A stretch of 58,039 nucleotides of DNA, from positions 1 through 58,039 of the IMG/VR virus record IMGVR_UViG_3300037246_001186; one strand, given 5' to 3'. The stretch is from a virus (Duplodnaviria > Caudoviricetes). The notes under the pieces are model-generated. The model searched no databases. It saw only the letters and a list, made by a program, of their open reading frames with translations, and was not told the origin of the DNA. Below are positions 1 to 8,640 of this stretch, in pieces. The translations under genes and the position numbers were made by a program. Within the stretch, counting starts at the first letter, position 1. Every line of letters begins with the position of its first letter.

Positions 1-176
1 GTACCTCGCGCTCAGCAGTTGGAAGCGCATACCAGTCAGCCTCTCCCCGGACAACCTCCTTGATGCACCGACCTCCCCTATCGAATTGTCGCTTCCTTGC
101 CATGGTACCTCCGTGGAGGGGCACTGCCAGGTGCTCGGTGAGGGAGGAGAACGGCCCTCCCTGGCAGTGCCCGCTC
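1..176. repeat. Terminal direct repeat, copy 1 (circular contig overlap)
   Basis: 1-176 matches 57864-58039 except position 49 (G) vs 57912 (C); the join falls inside a gene. Confidence 0.95.
119..172 (-). terminator. Intergenic stem-loop (possible terminator or processing hairpin)
   Basis: GGGCACTGCCAGG (119-131) pairs with CCTGGCAGTGCCC (160-172), between the stop at 179 and the next SD/ATG at 103; no clear U-tract. Confidence 0.4.
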
Positions 177-178
177 GG

Positions 179-415
179 TTACGCCAGCGCTCGAAAGCCA
201 GCCGTAGTCAGGCGCACGAACCAGTGCTGTGCGCCGCCTCGGAAGCGATACGACACCGCCTTCAGGAAGCCCTTATCGAACAGGGAGCTGAGCGTGCCCG
301 CTCGAAAGGTCTTGTAGGCCGTGGTCGATCGCAGGCCCTTGGAGCCCCGCCCGGAGCTGACATCCGCAATCGCGGAGAGGGTGTTGAATTGGTAGGTGGA
401 CATTTGGTACCTCAC
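179..415 (-). CDS. Small basic protein, winged-helix-like
   Basis: 78 aa; 'SLFDKGFL...VRLTTAG' resembles a MarR-type wing. Confidence 0.5.
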   Translation of the reverse strand: MRYQMSTYQFNTLSAIADVSSGRGSKGLRSTTAYKTFRAGTLSSLFDKGFLKAVSYRFRGGAQHWFVRLTTAGFRALA

Positions 416-475
416 TAGTGGTTGGTTGATAGTTCAAGAACTAAAACCCAAGGATAGTTCAGGAGTAGTTCCGTG

Positions 476-1045
476 TCAACTGGTGTTGCGTGTTACAACC
501 AGGTTCCCTCCAGCGCCCTTTGCTGTGTAGAGAGCCGCATCCGCCCGCTTAATTAGATGTCCCGGACTGGGCGCAATCCTTCCTTCCAGATCAGTGGAAG
601 TAGCTCCGCAACTGATTGTCACTCGATCGGGATCCCAACACCAATTGGCAATGCGGCTACGCAACTTCTCGGCAATGACAGTTGCCTGCGATGTGTCCGT
701 ATCTGGTAGTACCAGTAGGAACTCATCTCCCCCATACCGCCCCACGCTGTCTACACCTCGCAGCGTGTTCTTCGCGACAGAGGCGATCATCTGTAACACC
801 TCGTCACCTGCCGCGTGGCCGCGACTGTCGTTGATGACCTTGAAGTTGTCCACGTCGATCATCACGACAGCAGTGGGGCGACTATATCGTCGCGTGAACT
901 CAAGCGCCTGCTCCAAATGCCTGAGGATGCCACGTCGGTTGTCGATCCCAGTCAGCGGGTCCGTCACTGAGAGCTTCTCGAACACCCTTAGGCGCTCTCT
1001 CAGCTCCACGTTCTCATCTCGGAGTACTTGGATGGTGTTGATCAT
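476..1045 (-). CDS. Diguanylate cyclase (GGDEF domain) with N-terminal coiled coil
   Basis: DPLTGIDNRR, DVDNFKVINDSRGHAAGD, RYGGDEF, ADAALYTAK; I-site RxxD (RGVD) five residues before GGDEF. Confidence 0.95.
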   Translation of the reverse strand: MINTIQVLRDENVELRERLRVFEKLSVTDPLTGIDNRRGILRHLEQALEFTRRYSRPTAVVMIDVDNFKVINDSRGHAAGDEVLQMIASVAKNTLRGVDSVGRYGGDEFLLVLPDTDTSQATVIAEKLRSRIANWCWDPDRVTISCGATSTDLEGRIAPSPGHLIKRADAALYTAKGAGGNLVVTRNTS

Positions 1046-1599
1046 CGCCCCTCCCTGGAACCACAGGGCTCCTGCCCGTGGCTCATCATGTGGTAGCGTA
1101 CAGTGGTGAAGTCAACAGGCTGGAAGTTCCAGCTGTCCACCCCGATGTCAAAGACCTTGCGATCCATCCGCGGTTCCAGTGTGCCATGGCTGTGCCCATG
1201 CAGGTGCCAGCTCCCACGGTGACTGCTCGGCCACACGTCCATGCGGTAGTGGCAGAGGAAGATGAGTTGGCCATCCACCATGATCTCCAGCTGCTCGTGG
1301 ACTTCATTGAAGTGCTGGATATCCTTGCGATGGTCGTGGTTGCCTTTGATGAGAACCACATCACCGTTCAGCCGGTCCAGATAAGTCGATGGTGTCTTCC
1401 GGCCCTTGGAGAGTGAGAAATCCCCGAGGTGGAATACAGTCTGATCGGGTTGTACCCGAGAGTTCCAGGCATCGATCATCGTGGCGTCCATCACTGCCAC
1501 ATTGGGAAACGGTCGGTTGCAATACTTGATGATGTTCGCGTGCCCAAAGTGCGTGTCAGCGATGAACATCACCTTGTTCTTGGAGTACTTGTGCGCCAT
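1042..1599 (-). CDS. Calcineurin-like metallophosphoesterase
   Basis: DTHFGH, HLGDF, GNHD, LHGHSH, DIGVD motifs; AAGGAG upstream of ATG 1599; stop overlaps the GGDEF start (ATGA). Confidence 0.9.
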   Translation of the reverse strand: MAHKYSKNKVMFIADTHFGHANIIKYCNRPFPNVAVMDATMIDAWNSRVQPDQTVFHLGDFSLSKGRKTPSTYLDRLNGDVVLIKGNHDHRKDIQHFNEVHEQLEIMVDGQLIFLCHYRMDVWPSSHRGSWHLHGHSHGTLEPRMDRKVFDIGVDSWNFQPVDFTTVRYHMMSHGQEPCGSREGR

Positions 1600-1618
1600 G
1601 ATCTTCTCCTTCGGCATC

Positions 1619-1648
1619 AGCGTAGCACAACTTGAGGGAAACTTGCAA
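1619..1648 (-). promoter_or_regulatory. Putative sigma70-type promoter of the phosphoesterase-DGC operon
   Basis: TTGCAA-N18-TACGCT with an extended -10 TG, just downstream of the terminator. Confidence 0.35.
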
Positions 1649-1650
1649 GA

Positions 1651-1678
1651 CAAAGCCCCCGGAGTCTCCCCCGGGGGC
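1651..1678 (-). terminator. Intrinsic terminator
   Basis: GCCCCCGG/CCGGGGGC stem followed by TTT on the minus strand. Confidence 0.6.
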
Positions 1679-1773
1679 CTGGGTCATCAACTGTTGATTG
1701 GTTCTAGAAACTATTCATACTTTTACCTCCAGTCGATCAAGCGAAAGGGCAAATGCAAGTAGGCATGCGTTCT

Positions 1774-1801
1774 ATATCGGTCAGGATAGATTATTTCTTT
1801 A
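1774..1801 (-). promoter_or_regulatory. Sigma28 (FliA/SigD)-like promoter
   Basis: TAAA-N16-ACCGATAT on the minus strand. Confidence 0.45.
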
Positions 1802-2063
1802 GCGGAGGCAAGGGGCCGAAGCAGGGGGGCTTATACTGGACGCCATGGATGGTCCGACCGTGGTGTCGGCGAACGCGGGCGCGGAATTGACTGCGCTGCT
1901 TGCGCCTCAGTTGCGCATTCTTCACGCGTAGGCCATGGGCGTAGGCCACCGCAGGCTTGTAGATGCGAGGCTCGCACAACTCCGCCATCTCCCGGGCCAG
2001 GCGGCGATGCGGGCAGGCGTGCTCCAGATCCAGTGGATTTCCTTGCTCGGATGTAGTGTTCAA
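1791..2063 (-). CDS. Hypothetical basic protein
   Basis: TTG start with GGAG SD next to the upstream stop. Confidence 0.5.
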   Translation of the reverse strand: MNTTSEQGNPLDLEHACPHRRLAREMAELCEPRIYKPAVAYAHGLRVKNAQLRRKQRSQFRARVRRHHGRTIHGVQYKPPCFGPLPPLKK

Positions 2064-2064
2064 T

Positions 2065-2394
2065 TCAGTCTCCAGACAATACGTAGTTAAGCAATTGATG
2101 TGCCACGGCCTTGGAATCTTCCAGGTGGTCCTTGAGTGCGGCGATCGTTTCACCTTGAGGCTTCGTTGCAGCGGGTCTGATCCCAGCGTTCCAGAGATCC
2201 TCCATGAGCTGTTCTGCTGACTCCTTTGTAATGGTGAACGCAGGCTGGATAAAGCGGCTATCGTCGAGGGGTTCACTCATCGTTATTGGTTCCGCGTAAC
2301 TGATTCTTCCCTCCCCGAGAGGCTCGCGGATATAAATCTCGATACCCATGGCGGGCATATTAAAGAAGGCTGACACTTGGATAGGTCGTCTCAA
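2065..2394 (-). CDS. Hypothetical phage protein
   Basis: TTG start with GAGGAG SD; 'AEQLMEDLWNAGIRP...HLED' pattern familiar from phage hypotheticals. Confidence 0.65.
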   Translation of the reverse strand: MRRPIQVSAFFNMPAMGIEIYIREPLGEGRISYAEPITMSEPLDDSRFIQPAFTITKESAEQLMEDLWNAGIRPAATKPQGETIAALKDHLEDSKAVAHQLLNYVLSGD

Positions 2395-2702
2395 TTCAGT
2401 CTCCTCAGATACTCCGGCTCCCAATAGGGCCGGGCCTTCGATCGATACTCAGTTATCTTCTCTACCATGATCCAGCCTGACTCCACGCAGGTGAAGTCAC
2501 CCATCAGCTTTGCGGCGGATCCCAGCAAGGAGGTGAGGCCACTCTGGAAGCAATGAACAGGGCGATCACCATAGTCTTGGGTGTCATCGTGCGCATGAAT
2601 CACTAGCACACCCTCAACCACCATCAGACGGATCATGAAGTTGTCCAGCTCGGGGACATCAAAGCTAAATGGATTCTTCTCCACGAACTCAATCAGTGTC
2701 AT
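2391..2702 (-). CDS. Hypothetical protein
   Basis: Coupled ORF in the minus-strand operon. Confidence 0.55.
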   Translation of the reverse strand: MTLIEFVEKNPFSFDVPELDNFMIRLMVVEGVLVIHAHDDTQDYGDRPVHCFQSGLTSLLGSAAKLMGDFTCVESGWIMVEKITEYRSKARPYWEPEYLRRLN

Positions 2703-2889
2703 CAGGATCCAGCTCCTTCGCTCGGCGTTCGTGGTAGTCGGCGAGTGACATTGAAGTCGTGGCCTTGTTAAGCTCTCCAGACTGCGCCCAGCCTGTAGCC
2801 TTCTGCGCATACTTGGTAGAGAGGCGGCGATGCTTTTCAGCCCGCCGCCTCAACCACACGTTCAAAAGTATTCGATGGCTCAGTCTCAT
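2689..2889 (-). CDS. Hypothetical protein
   Basis: ATGA overlap with the upstream gene. Confidence 0.5.
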   Translation of the reverse strand: MRLSHRILLNVWLRRRAEKHRRLSTKYAQKATGWAQSGELNKATTSMSLADYHERRAKELDPDDTD

Positions 2890-3236
2890 GGGCACAGCAG
2901 GAAGGGCACGCCAAGGGCATTGTACACCGTCAGGCATACCACATCACCGGCAGAGGCAACGGCTTTACGATGACGCTGCGCCTGGACCAGCGACCGGAAT
3001 GAATTCACAACAGGGGTGTCCGCTGAGGTGTACCGATCGTAATCCTCCAGGTGGTTCATGTCCCGAAGTTCAGACGTTCCTGCGATCTTGTCTGGGTTGT
3101 CAGAGCAACGAAGCTCCCCCATGGTACTACAATGGATGTCACCAGCCTTGGAGGGCGAGGCGACGATGAGATGAAGCCCAGCTGCGATAGCGAAGGCGAG
3201 TAGAATAAGCAGCCAGTTCTTTCTGAAATGTGTCAT
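2886..3236 (-). CDS. Putative exported or membrane-anchored protein
   Basis: Basic N-terminus, hydrophobic stretch and SKA-G cleavage-like site. Confidence 0.6.
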   Translation of the reverse strand: MTHFRKNWLLILLAFAIAAGLHLIVASPSKAGDIHCSTMGELRCSDNPDKIAGTSELRDMNHLEDYDRYTSADTPVVNSFRSLVQAQRHRKAVASAGDVVCLTVYNALGVPFLLCP

Positions 3237-3430
3237 AGGTAAACTCCATAGGTTTCATGATCTCCACTATAATTAGGGAAGTCACTGAACCCAACTACAG
3301 TATTTCGCATAACAGTGTCCATGTCAACCGGTTCCAAACAAATACCTCTCACCTTCTCATCAGGCTTATCAGGCTCGGGGTCTAGTTTGGCCGCAGCCAA
3401 GCGCAGGAGTGATGCTAGTAAACGTCGCAA
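3233..3430 (-). CDS. Hypothetical protein
   Basis: Coupled ORF, 65 aa. Confidence 0.45.
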   Translation of the reverse strand: MRRLLASLLRLAAAKLDPEPDKPDEKVRGICLEPVDMDTVMRNTVVGFSDFPNYSGDHETYGVYL

Positions 3431-4380
3431 GGCTTCGGATTCTCCACGTAACTCAGTTGATTCAGAATCTGTGTCGCATTCACTATTGAGGTCCTAGGTT
3501 GCAGTACAGCTGCGCGTCCAGCGGCGTTAGCGATCTTCAGCGAGTCATGCCAGTCACCACCAGCAAGGCGGCCAAGCAGCAAGGCGGCAGCGAACACATC
3601 ACCCGCGCCGCACACCATGGGGTCCTCAACGGGTGTCGTTGGAGAGGACTCACCATTCACGATGTCAGCCCCCAAGGGTCCACCCGTTACGACAATGGAG
3701 CAATCATCCCTCAGTCCAGAAGTGTCGAGCAACTCGAACTCCTCAGTGTTGGGGGTTACGCAGTCAAACACGTTGTTCAGTACGAAGGACGGAGTGCTGC
3801 GGTGAGGATCCAGGTGCATGGTCAAGTCCCCGCTCAAAACCTTCATGTCCATGAGGCGGCGCATCATCGGACACCCAATAGCGCCGTGCCCGTAATCAGA
3901 GAATAGGACACCATCAGCCCACCCATGAGTATTACCTAGCTCCCTGGCCATTATGGTGGCACACCCCAGACTGACTTTGCCTTCACTCACTCGATCAATT
4001 CTCACAGCTCCGAAGTCGCTATCAAACGACTCCACGCGAGTCTTCGTAGTTGTCACCACATCAGAGAGCCCAGGAGCTGAGATCACGCTGTTGCGGATGC
4101 GCCACCTATCCATGAGTCTGGTAACGATCTCGGACTCACGGTCGTTGCCCACGAGGCCCACCAGGCACACCTTAGCGCCCATGGCTGCAAGGTTCGCAGC
4201 TACGTTCGCCGCTCCACCGAGATAGGGCGTCTCCGACACCTCGTTATACACAGCCATCTTTCCTGCCGGATCGTCACGGTGGTTGTTGATTACTTCGAGG
4301 TAGGTGTCGAGGATGATATCGCCGACAACGACGACCTTCTTCCCCTTCCACGACTCAATGATGCTGGGTAATGTTGTCAC
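3415..4380 (-). CDS. PfkB/ribokinase-family sugar kinase, most like the HldE/RfaE domain I (heptose-7-phosphate kinase)
   Basis: VVVGDIILD, LGGAANVAANL, GLVGND, TTTKTRV, SDYG, TPNxxE, CGAGDVF; GTG start overlaps the upstream TGA; no adenylyltransferase domain. Confidence 0.85.
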   Translation of the reverse strand: MTTLPSIIESWKGKKVVVVGDIILDTYLEVINNHRDDPAGKMAVYNEVSETPYLGGAANVAANLAAMGAKVCLVGLVGNDRESEIVTRLMDRWRIRNSVISAPGLSDVVTTTKTRVESFDSDFGAVRIDRVSEGKVSLGCATIMARELGNTHGWADGVLFSDYGHGAIGCPMMRRLMDMKVLSGDLTMHLDPHRSTPSFVLNNVFDCVTPNTEEFELLDTSGLRDDCSIVVTGGPLGADIVNGESSPTTPVEDPMVCGAGDVFAAALLLGRLAGGDWHDSLKIANAAGRAAVLQPRTSIVNATQILNQLSYVENPKPCDVY

Positions 4381-4565
4381 TCTTGGTCCCTTCGTTTGAA
4401 TGGTAGCAGCACCAGCTGTACCGGTAGGAGCAGCAACCAAAGTGAAAAGTAGTAGATGACACTCAACAGAGCCATCCACGCTCTGTAGAGATGCCAGCTC
4501 ATAGTCCTGGGCCTGGGGCAGTCACTGATGTAATATTCTGTGACTTCTGTGCTGTCCTTGGCCAT
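4377..4565 (-). CDS. Small membrane protein
   Basis: 62 aa with a long hydrophobic segment. Confidence 0.5.
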   Translation of the reverse strand: MAKDSTEVTEYYISDCPRPRTMSWHLYRAWMALLSVIYYFSLWLLLLPVQLVLLPFKRRDQE

Positions 4566-6655
4566 TGGATCCCATACCTCTCTGTCAGATCCCGAAGGAT
4601 AGCATCGTTCTCGGCGATGGCAAAGCCTCCCCGCGGGGCTGTCTTGCCCGAGCTTCGACTGGGCACCCGCCGACGCGAGTGCTTCAATCCTAAGGATTGG
4701 AGGCGACGCGGCACTGTGTTCAGGGGCAGGCCCGTGCGCTCCAACGCTTTGTCATGAAGATGCTCAGTGGTGATGAATAGATCCTTTCCATCGTCGATGA
4801 TGTGAGCCTCGCCATCGTCGATGACTGAACATAGAGCATCAATCAGGTACGACTCCTCGGAAGTTTCCCTAGTCTTCTTAGCGTCGGCTCTCCGCTGCGA
4901 CGCCACAGCCATCAGGTTGTTCAGCTCCAGAGTCATCCCATCAGGTACCATAGACACCAGCGGAAAGAACACCTGGCCAACAAATGTCCCGGCCTCTCGC
5001 CGGAGCCGGATAGCCCTTGGTCCCTCGGGATCCGGAAGTCCTCTTGAGAGTGCTCTCCCTCGGAATGCCAACAGCTCGCCACGAAGCACGGCTGCGTCCT
5101 CGTAGAAGCGAGCGGGCAGGCACATGAGGTCCATGCTCTCAGGGACTGTGATATCGGACATCTTGATATTGACGGTCCTCCGAGCGAGTGACTCGTCCTC
5201 ATCGTGACCATAACCAGCGAAGATCTTGCAGCCGAAGAGGGGGAACTGCTGGATCACCTTGCGCCCACCGGGGGCATCGACGACTCTAATCACGCCCATG
5301 CCTCGGCGGTATCCTAGGCACAGGGTATCGACCATCTTCTGTTGTGATTCCCTTGACATCCCGCGGTCCAGGTGGAACTCGTCAAACACCATGGTGATGA
5401 AGCCGAAGTACTCGACGACTCTATGGATGTTCGACACGGTGGGCTGAGACACGAAGCTTCTGGAGCACAGAGAGGACATCACCTCCAACCCTCGGCCCTT
5501 GCCGGTGCCGGGCGGGCCGTAGAAGCGGAGGTAGGGGACGTGGTGGAAGCCCGCGTCCTCAAGCCGGTAGCTCATCAGGACGTAGGCCACCAGGCAGTCG
5601 TAGACACTCTCGTCCAGATGCACCCAAGTCTGGATGAAGTCCCGTACCGCAATCCACAGCTGCTTGGAGGACATCGGCTTATCGGGAGGGGACTGAGGCA
5701 GGATCAGCGTGCGCTCTTCAAGGTACTGGAGCGTGGCGCCCTCCACATCAGGCAGGAAGGTAGTGCCGTCGTAGCTCCACGAGTCCATAGTGCGCCAGCC
5801 CCGATGAGTGCGATCGATATCGGTGTCGCCGTACTTCGCCAGCTCGGGGGTCACGTCCTCCAGTGGGCCGTAGACGGACAATGCCGTTCTACGAGTCTTC
5901 TCATCGTACACCATCATGATGAGGGTGGGCTCATCGTCGCCCTGCTGCCAGATGCGCCGAGACTGGACGAAGGCCATCACGTCCTCTGCGGCATCCTTTT
6001 CGCGCTTGTCTAGCTCCTCTGCGCCCTCCCAGTCGCTGGTGCCCAGCAGCTGGAACAGCGCGGCCTGGGCAGCGTCTGGGGTGGCAAAGGTGGCGAGCCA
6101 GTCCTCAACGTCCTGCCCCTCGGTGGGGAGATCGACGATGGCAACTCTGAGCGCCCCGGAGTCCAGCGCCTGGCGGGCTGCCTTGATGACGGCAGCTCTC
6201 CCAGCAGGGTCGGGGTCGAGCAGGAAGCGGACGGACTTGCCCTCGTAGACAGCGGCGCGATCGACGGCAGCAGCTGTGCCCCTCGCCCAGAAGTTGTTGA
6301 CCCCGCCACCGCATAGCACGCCAGTAGCCCCGATAGAAAGCAGCGCCACAGCGTGGCCCTCTCCCTCGACTGCGATCAGCTCCTTCTTTGCCCTATCGTC
6401 CACCAGCAACGGGCGCAAGCCGTAGGGGGCCTTCGACTTAAACGGCGCTCCGGTCTTGGCGTTGTGGGGCCGCTCACTCTTCACCAGGAACCACTTGGTG
6501 TCGGAGGCCATCAGGATAGCAGGAAACTTACCCTGGTCGCCCACCGACAGGCACCCATCGTCAGGCTGGTCTGAATGAAAGAGTGAAGCAGAGCGCTCTG
6601 CGTCAAAGAACTTGAAGCGATCCAGAGCTTGTGCTTTCTGTCCGCTAGTCAGCAA
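4499..6655 (-). CDS. DNA primase (TOPRIM) fused to a P-loop ATPase/helicase-like domain
   Basis: AVEGEG and LLDPDPAG TOPRIM motifs; Walker A GPPGTGKG, Walker B MVFDE; winged-helix-like C-terminus. Confidence 0.8.
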   Translation of the reverse strand: MLTSGQKAQALDRFKFFDAERSASLFHSDQPDDGCLSVGDQGKFPAILMASDTKWFLVKSERPHNAKTGAPFKSKAPYGLRPLLVDDRAKKELIAVEGEGHAVALLSIGATGVLCGGGVNNFWARGTAAAVDRAAVYEGKSVRFLLDPDPAGRAAVIKAARQALDSGALRVAIVDLPTEGQDVEDWLATFATPDAAQAALFQLLGTSDWEGAEELDKREKDAAEDVMAFVQSRRIWQQGDDEPTLIMMVYDEKTRRTALSVYGPLEDVTPELAKYGDTDIDRTHRGWRTMDSWSYDGTTFLPDVEGATLQYLEERTLILPQSPPDKPMSSKQLWIAVRDFIQTWVHLDESVYDCLVAYVLMSYRLEDAGFHHVPYLRFYGPPGTGKGRGLEVMSSLCSRSFVSQPTVSNIHRVVEYFGFITMVFDEFHLDRGMSRESQQKMVDTLCLGYRRGMGVIRVVDAPGGRKVIQQFPLFGCKIFAGYGHDEDESLARRTVNIKMSDITVPESMDLMCLPARFYEDAAVLRGELLAFRGRALSRGLPDPEGPRAIRLRREAGTFVGQVFFPLVSMVPDGMTLELNNLMAVASQRRADAKKTRETSEESYLIDALCSVIDDGEAHIIDDGKDLFITTEHLHDKALERTGLPLNTVPRRLQSLGLKHSRRRVPSRSSGKTAPRGGFAIAENDAILRDLTERYGIQWPRTAQKSQNITSVTAPGPGL

Positions 6656-7181
6656 GATTCAGCACCTTTGTTCTAATGACCTGCTTGGCCTGCTCGACGA
6701 GTCGCTGAGCGCGACGGGGCTGGATGCCGAGGAGTTGTCCTGCTTTCGATGCGTCCATATCAGTGCTGATCATTCCAAGAAGCCCAACTTGCTCAAAGGT
6801 GATCACTCCGTGGTTGTACGCCTGAGTGATGAGGCTACGCAACTCCTCGGCTGAATTCTCGTCCTGAGGCAATGCGGCAATGCCCACAAGGTCATCGATG
6901 TCAGTCACGATCTCTCGGCCTTGGTCTCTACCCTTCTTCAGAAGGTGGTTGGATAGCCACCCCCTCAAGTTGAGGTTCACCCACTGCTGCAACGGCACAC
7001 CCCTGGAGGCGTCATACCGGGGGATGATCGATGTGAGCAAGTATGTGTATGCCTCGCTATACAGGTCTTCGCTATCGACGTTCAGCCCAGCGCGTCGGGC
7101 ATGGTTGCCCCACAGCCCTGCCATGCGCCGGCACGCGGGGAGGTGCTGTTCAACGAGCTGGTTTCGCTCCGCGTCATTCAT
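6645..7181 (-). CDS. Sigma70-family RNA polymerase sigma factor (regions 2 and 4, FliA/WhiG-like)
   Basis: RNQLVEQHLP, SEDLYSEA, RYDASRGVPL (region 2); C-terminal HTH AGQLLGIQPRRAQRL. Confidence 0.8.
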   Translation of the reverse strand: MNDAERNQLVEQHLPACRRMAGLWGNHARRAGLNVDSEDLYSEAYTYLLTSIIPRYDASRGVPLQQWVNLNLRGWLSNHLLKKGRDQGREIVTDIDDLVGIAALPQDENSAEELRSLITQAYNHGVITFEQVGLLGMISTDMDASKAGQLLGIQPRRAQRLVEQAKQVIRTKVLNLAD

Positions 7182-7428
7182 ACTCTTCTAGCGCCTCATC
7201 GGACATCGGGTGGCTCAGAGCTTCAGGCTGTAGCGCTAGGGGTATCCCCGCCTTCTTGTCCAGGCGCCCCTGTGGGCGTGTGCAACCGTCCTCATGTTCT
7301 GCGTTGTCCAGCTTCCTTGCACCCACGGCGAGGTTCACCACCCATGTGATGACACCACAGTCCCGACAGCGCGCAGCGGGCATGTCTTGCTTCTTCTCTC
7401 TCTCACCTACAAGGCCATCATCAATCAC
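7174..7428 (-). CDS. Hypothetical protein, possible Zn-binding
   Basis: CRDC and HEDGC motifs; coupled ORF. Confidence 0.55.
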   Translation of the reverse strand: MIDDGLVGEREKKQDMPAARCRDCGVITWVVNLAVGARKLDNAEHEDGCTRPQGRLDKKAGIPLALQPEALSHPMSDEALEEYE

Positions 7429-8032
7429 CGCTCAATAGCTCCTTGTGTGCCTTCCCTCCGGCGAATATCAACTCATCGACTGCCTGGTAGAGGAAGGTAA
7501 GACGCCCAGGGGGAGCCACAACCAGCGCATCCTTCGGCAGCTTGCGCCACTCCTCGTCGGAGGTGTGCCCAGTTCTTGTGCTCTCAGCACCCAGCTTGAT
7601 AGTCTGCCACACCACACCGTCGCGGCTGTGGATAGCCTCGAACTCATTAGTAAATCGGACATCAGAGACGACCCACTTGCAATCTCGGAAGGCATCTACT
7701 TGAGTAGCGATACCGTGCTTCACCCAAGTAGCCCTATCGAGGAAGCGGAAGCCATCAGTACCGATATGCTCCATGATCTTGCGTCCGGTCTGCGGTGTCC
7801 CACTCGGATCGGTGATACCAGGCAGCTCCTCGTTCTTGTCTGCTTGAGATCCAAAGAAGTGTCGCGGCTCGGCACCTAGTGGTCCGTACACACGGAGGCA
7901 AACTACTTTCAGTGGCTCGGCCCATGACAGACGCCGGTAACCATAATGCTCCACAAGATAGTCCGCTACAGCGTCCTTGCCGGATCCAATGTCACCGCAC
8001 AGTCCGATTATCTGTGGAAAGTTCTCACTCAT
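7421..8032 (-). CDS. Deoxynucleoside monophosphate kinase (T4 gp1-like)
   Basis: IIGLCGDIGSGKD P-loop, RKIMEHIGTD, VVSDVRFTNE. Confidence 0.88.
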   Translation of the reverse strand: MSENFPQIIGLCGDIGSGKDAVADYLVEHYGYRRLSWAEPLKVVCLRVYGPLGAEPRHFFGSQADKNEELPGITDPSGTPQTGRKIMEHIGTDGFRFLDRATWVKHGIATQVDAFRDCKWVVSDVRFTNEFEAIHSRDGVVWQTIKLGAESTRTGHTSDEEWRKLPKDALVVAPPGRLTFLYQAVDELIFAGGKAHKELLSGD

Positions 8033-8640
8033 TCGTCATCTCCCTTTAGCATGCCTCTTGGGATCGGTCGCATCTGCGCCGTCTCCACAACGTAGGCACC
8101 ATGGCCCTTCGCCCAACCACCACGAGGGAGGGGCTCGCCCCCTCGATAGAACACGGACCTCCGATCGAACTCTGATCTTCCTCGGATGTATCCCAACACC
8201 CAGAGGCGCCGGGGAGCACTCATGCTGTACCAACAGAGGATCACCAGGTCTACGTCCTTGATAGGCTCGCGATCCTGGTGCATGGGAATGGTCACGAAGT
8301 TGAACTTCGATGGGTGTGTCCAGCCTTTCGTGACAGTCCGCGTCTTGACTTCAACGCGAGACACACCAACCTCACCACCTGCGCTTAAAGTTTCCCGCGC
8401 ACTCTGGCCAGTACCCAGTGCCAGGTCGTAGGCGAGGATAGGTGAGGGCTCGCACCACATATCACCCACGGCTGCGTTGACTGCTCGACAGATCGCACGC
8501 TCGGCGGCGAAGCCAGCCCAGGAAGCCCGACCTCGCTTCCGCCACCAGCTCTTGCCCAGCATCTCGCGCATCTGCTTGCGCCCATACTTCTCGTCAGCGC
8601 AGGTGAGGCGGATCGGAACGTAGTCAATCGGTTCTGCCAT
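8029..8640 (-). CDS. PD-(D/E)xK nuclease-like protein
   Basis: AAERA...YDL...VEVKT arrangement; TGATG coupling. Confidence 0.55.
   Translation of the reverse strand: MAEPIDYVPIRLTCADEKYGRKQMREMLGKSWWRKRGRASWAGFAAERAICRAVNAAVGDMWCEPSPILAYDLALGTGQSARETLSAGGEVGVSRVEVKTRTVTKGWTHPSKFNFVTIPMHQDREPIKDVDLVILCWYSMSAPRRLWVLGYIRGRSEFDRRSVFYRGGEPLPRGGWAKGHGAYVVETAQMRPIPRGMLKGDDE

Noticed and set aside
1-176. Physical direct terminal repeat of the virion DNA
   Set aside because: It begins mid-gene, far from the non-coding control region, so an assembly overlap is more likely.
1735-1770. c-di-GMP-I riboswitch near the DGC (GGGCAAA)
   Set aside because: On the wrong strand and lacking the second GCAAA motif and paired stems.
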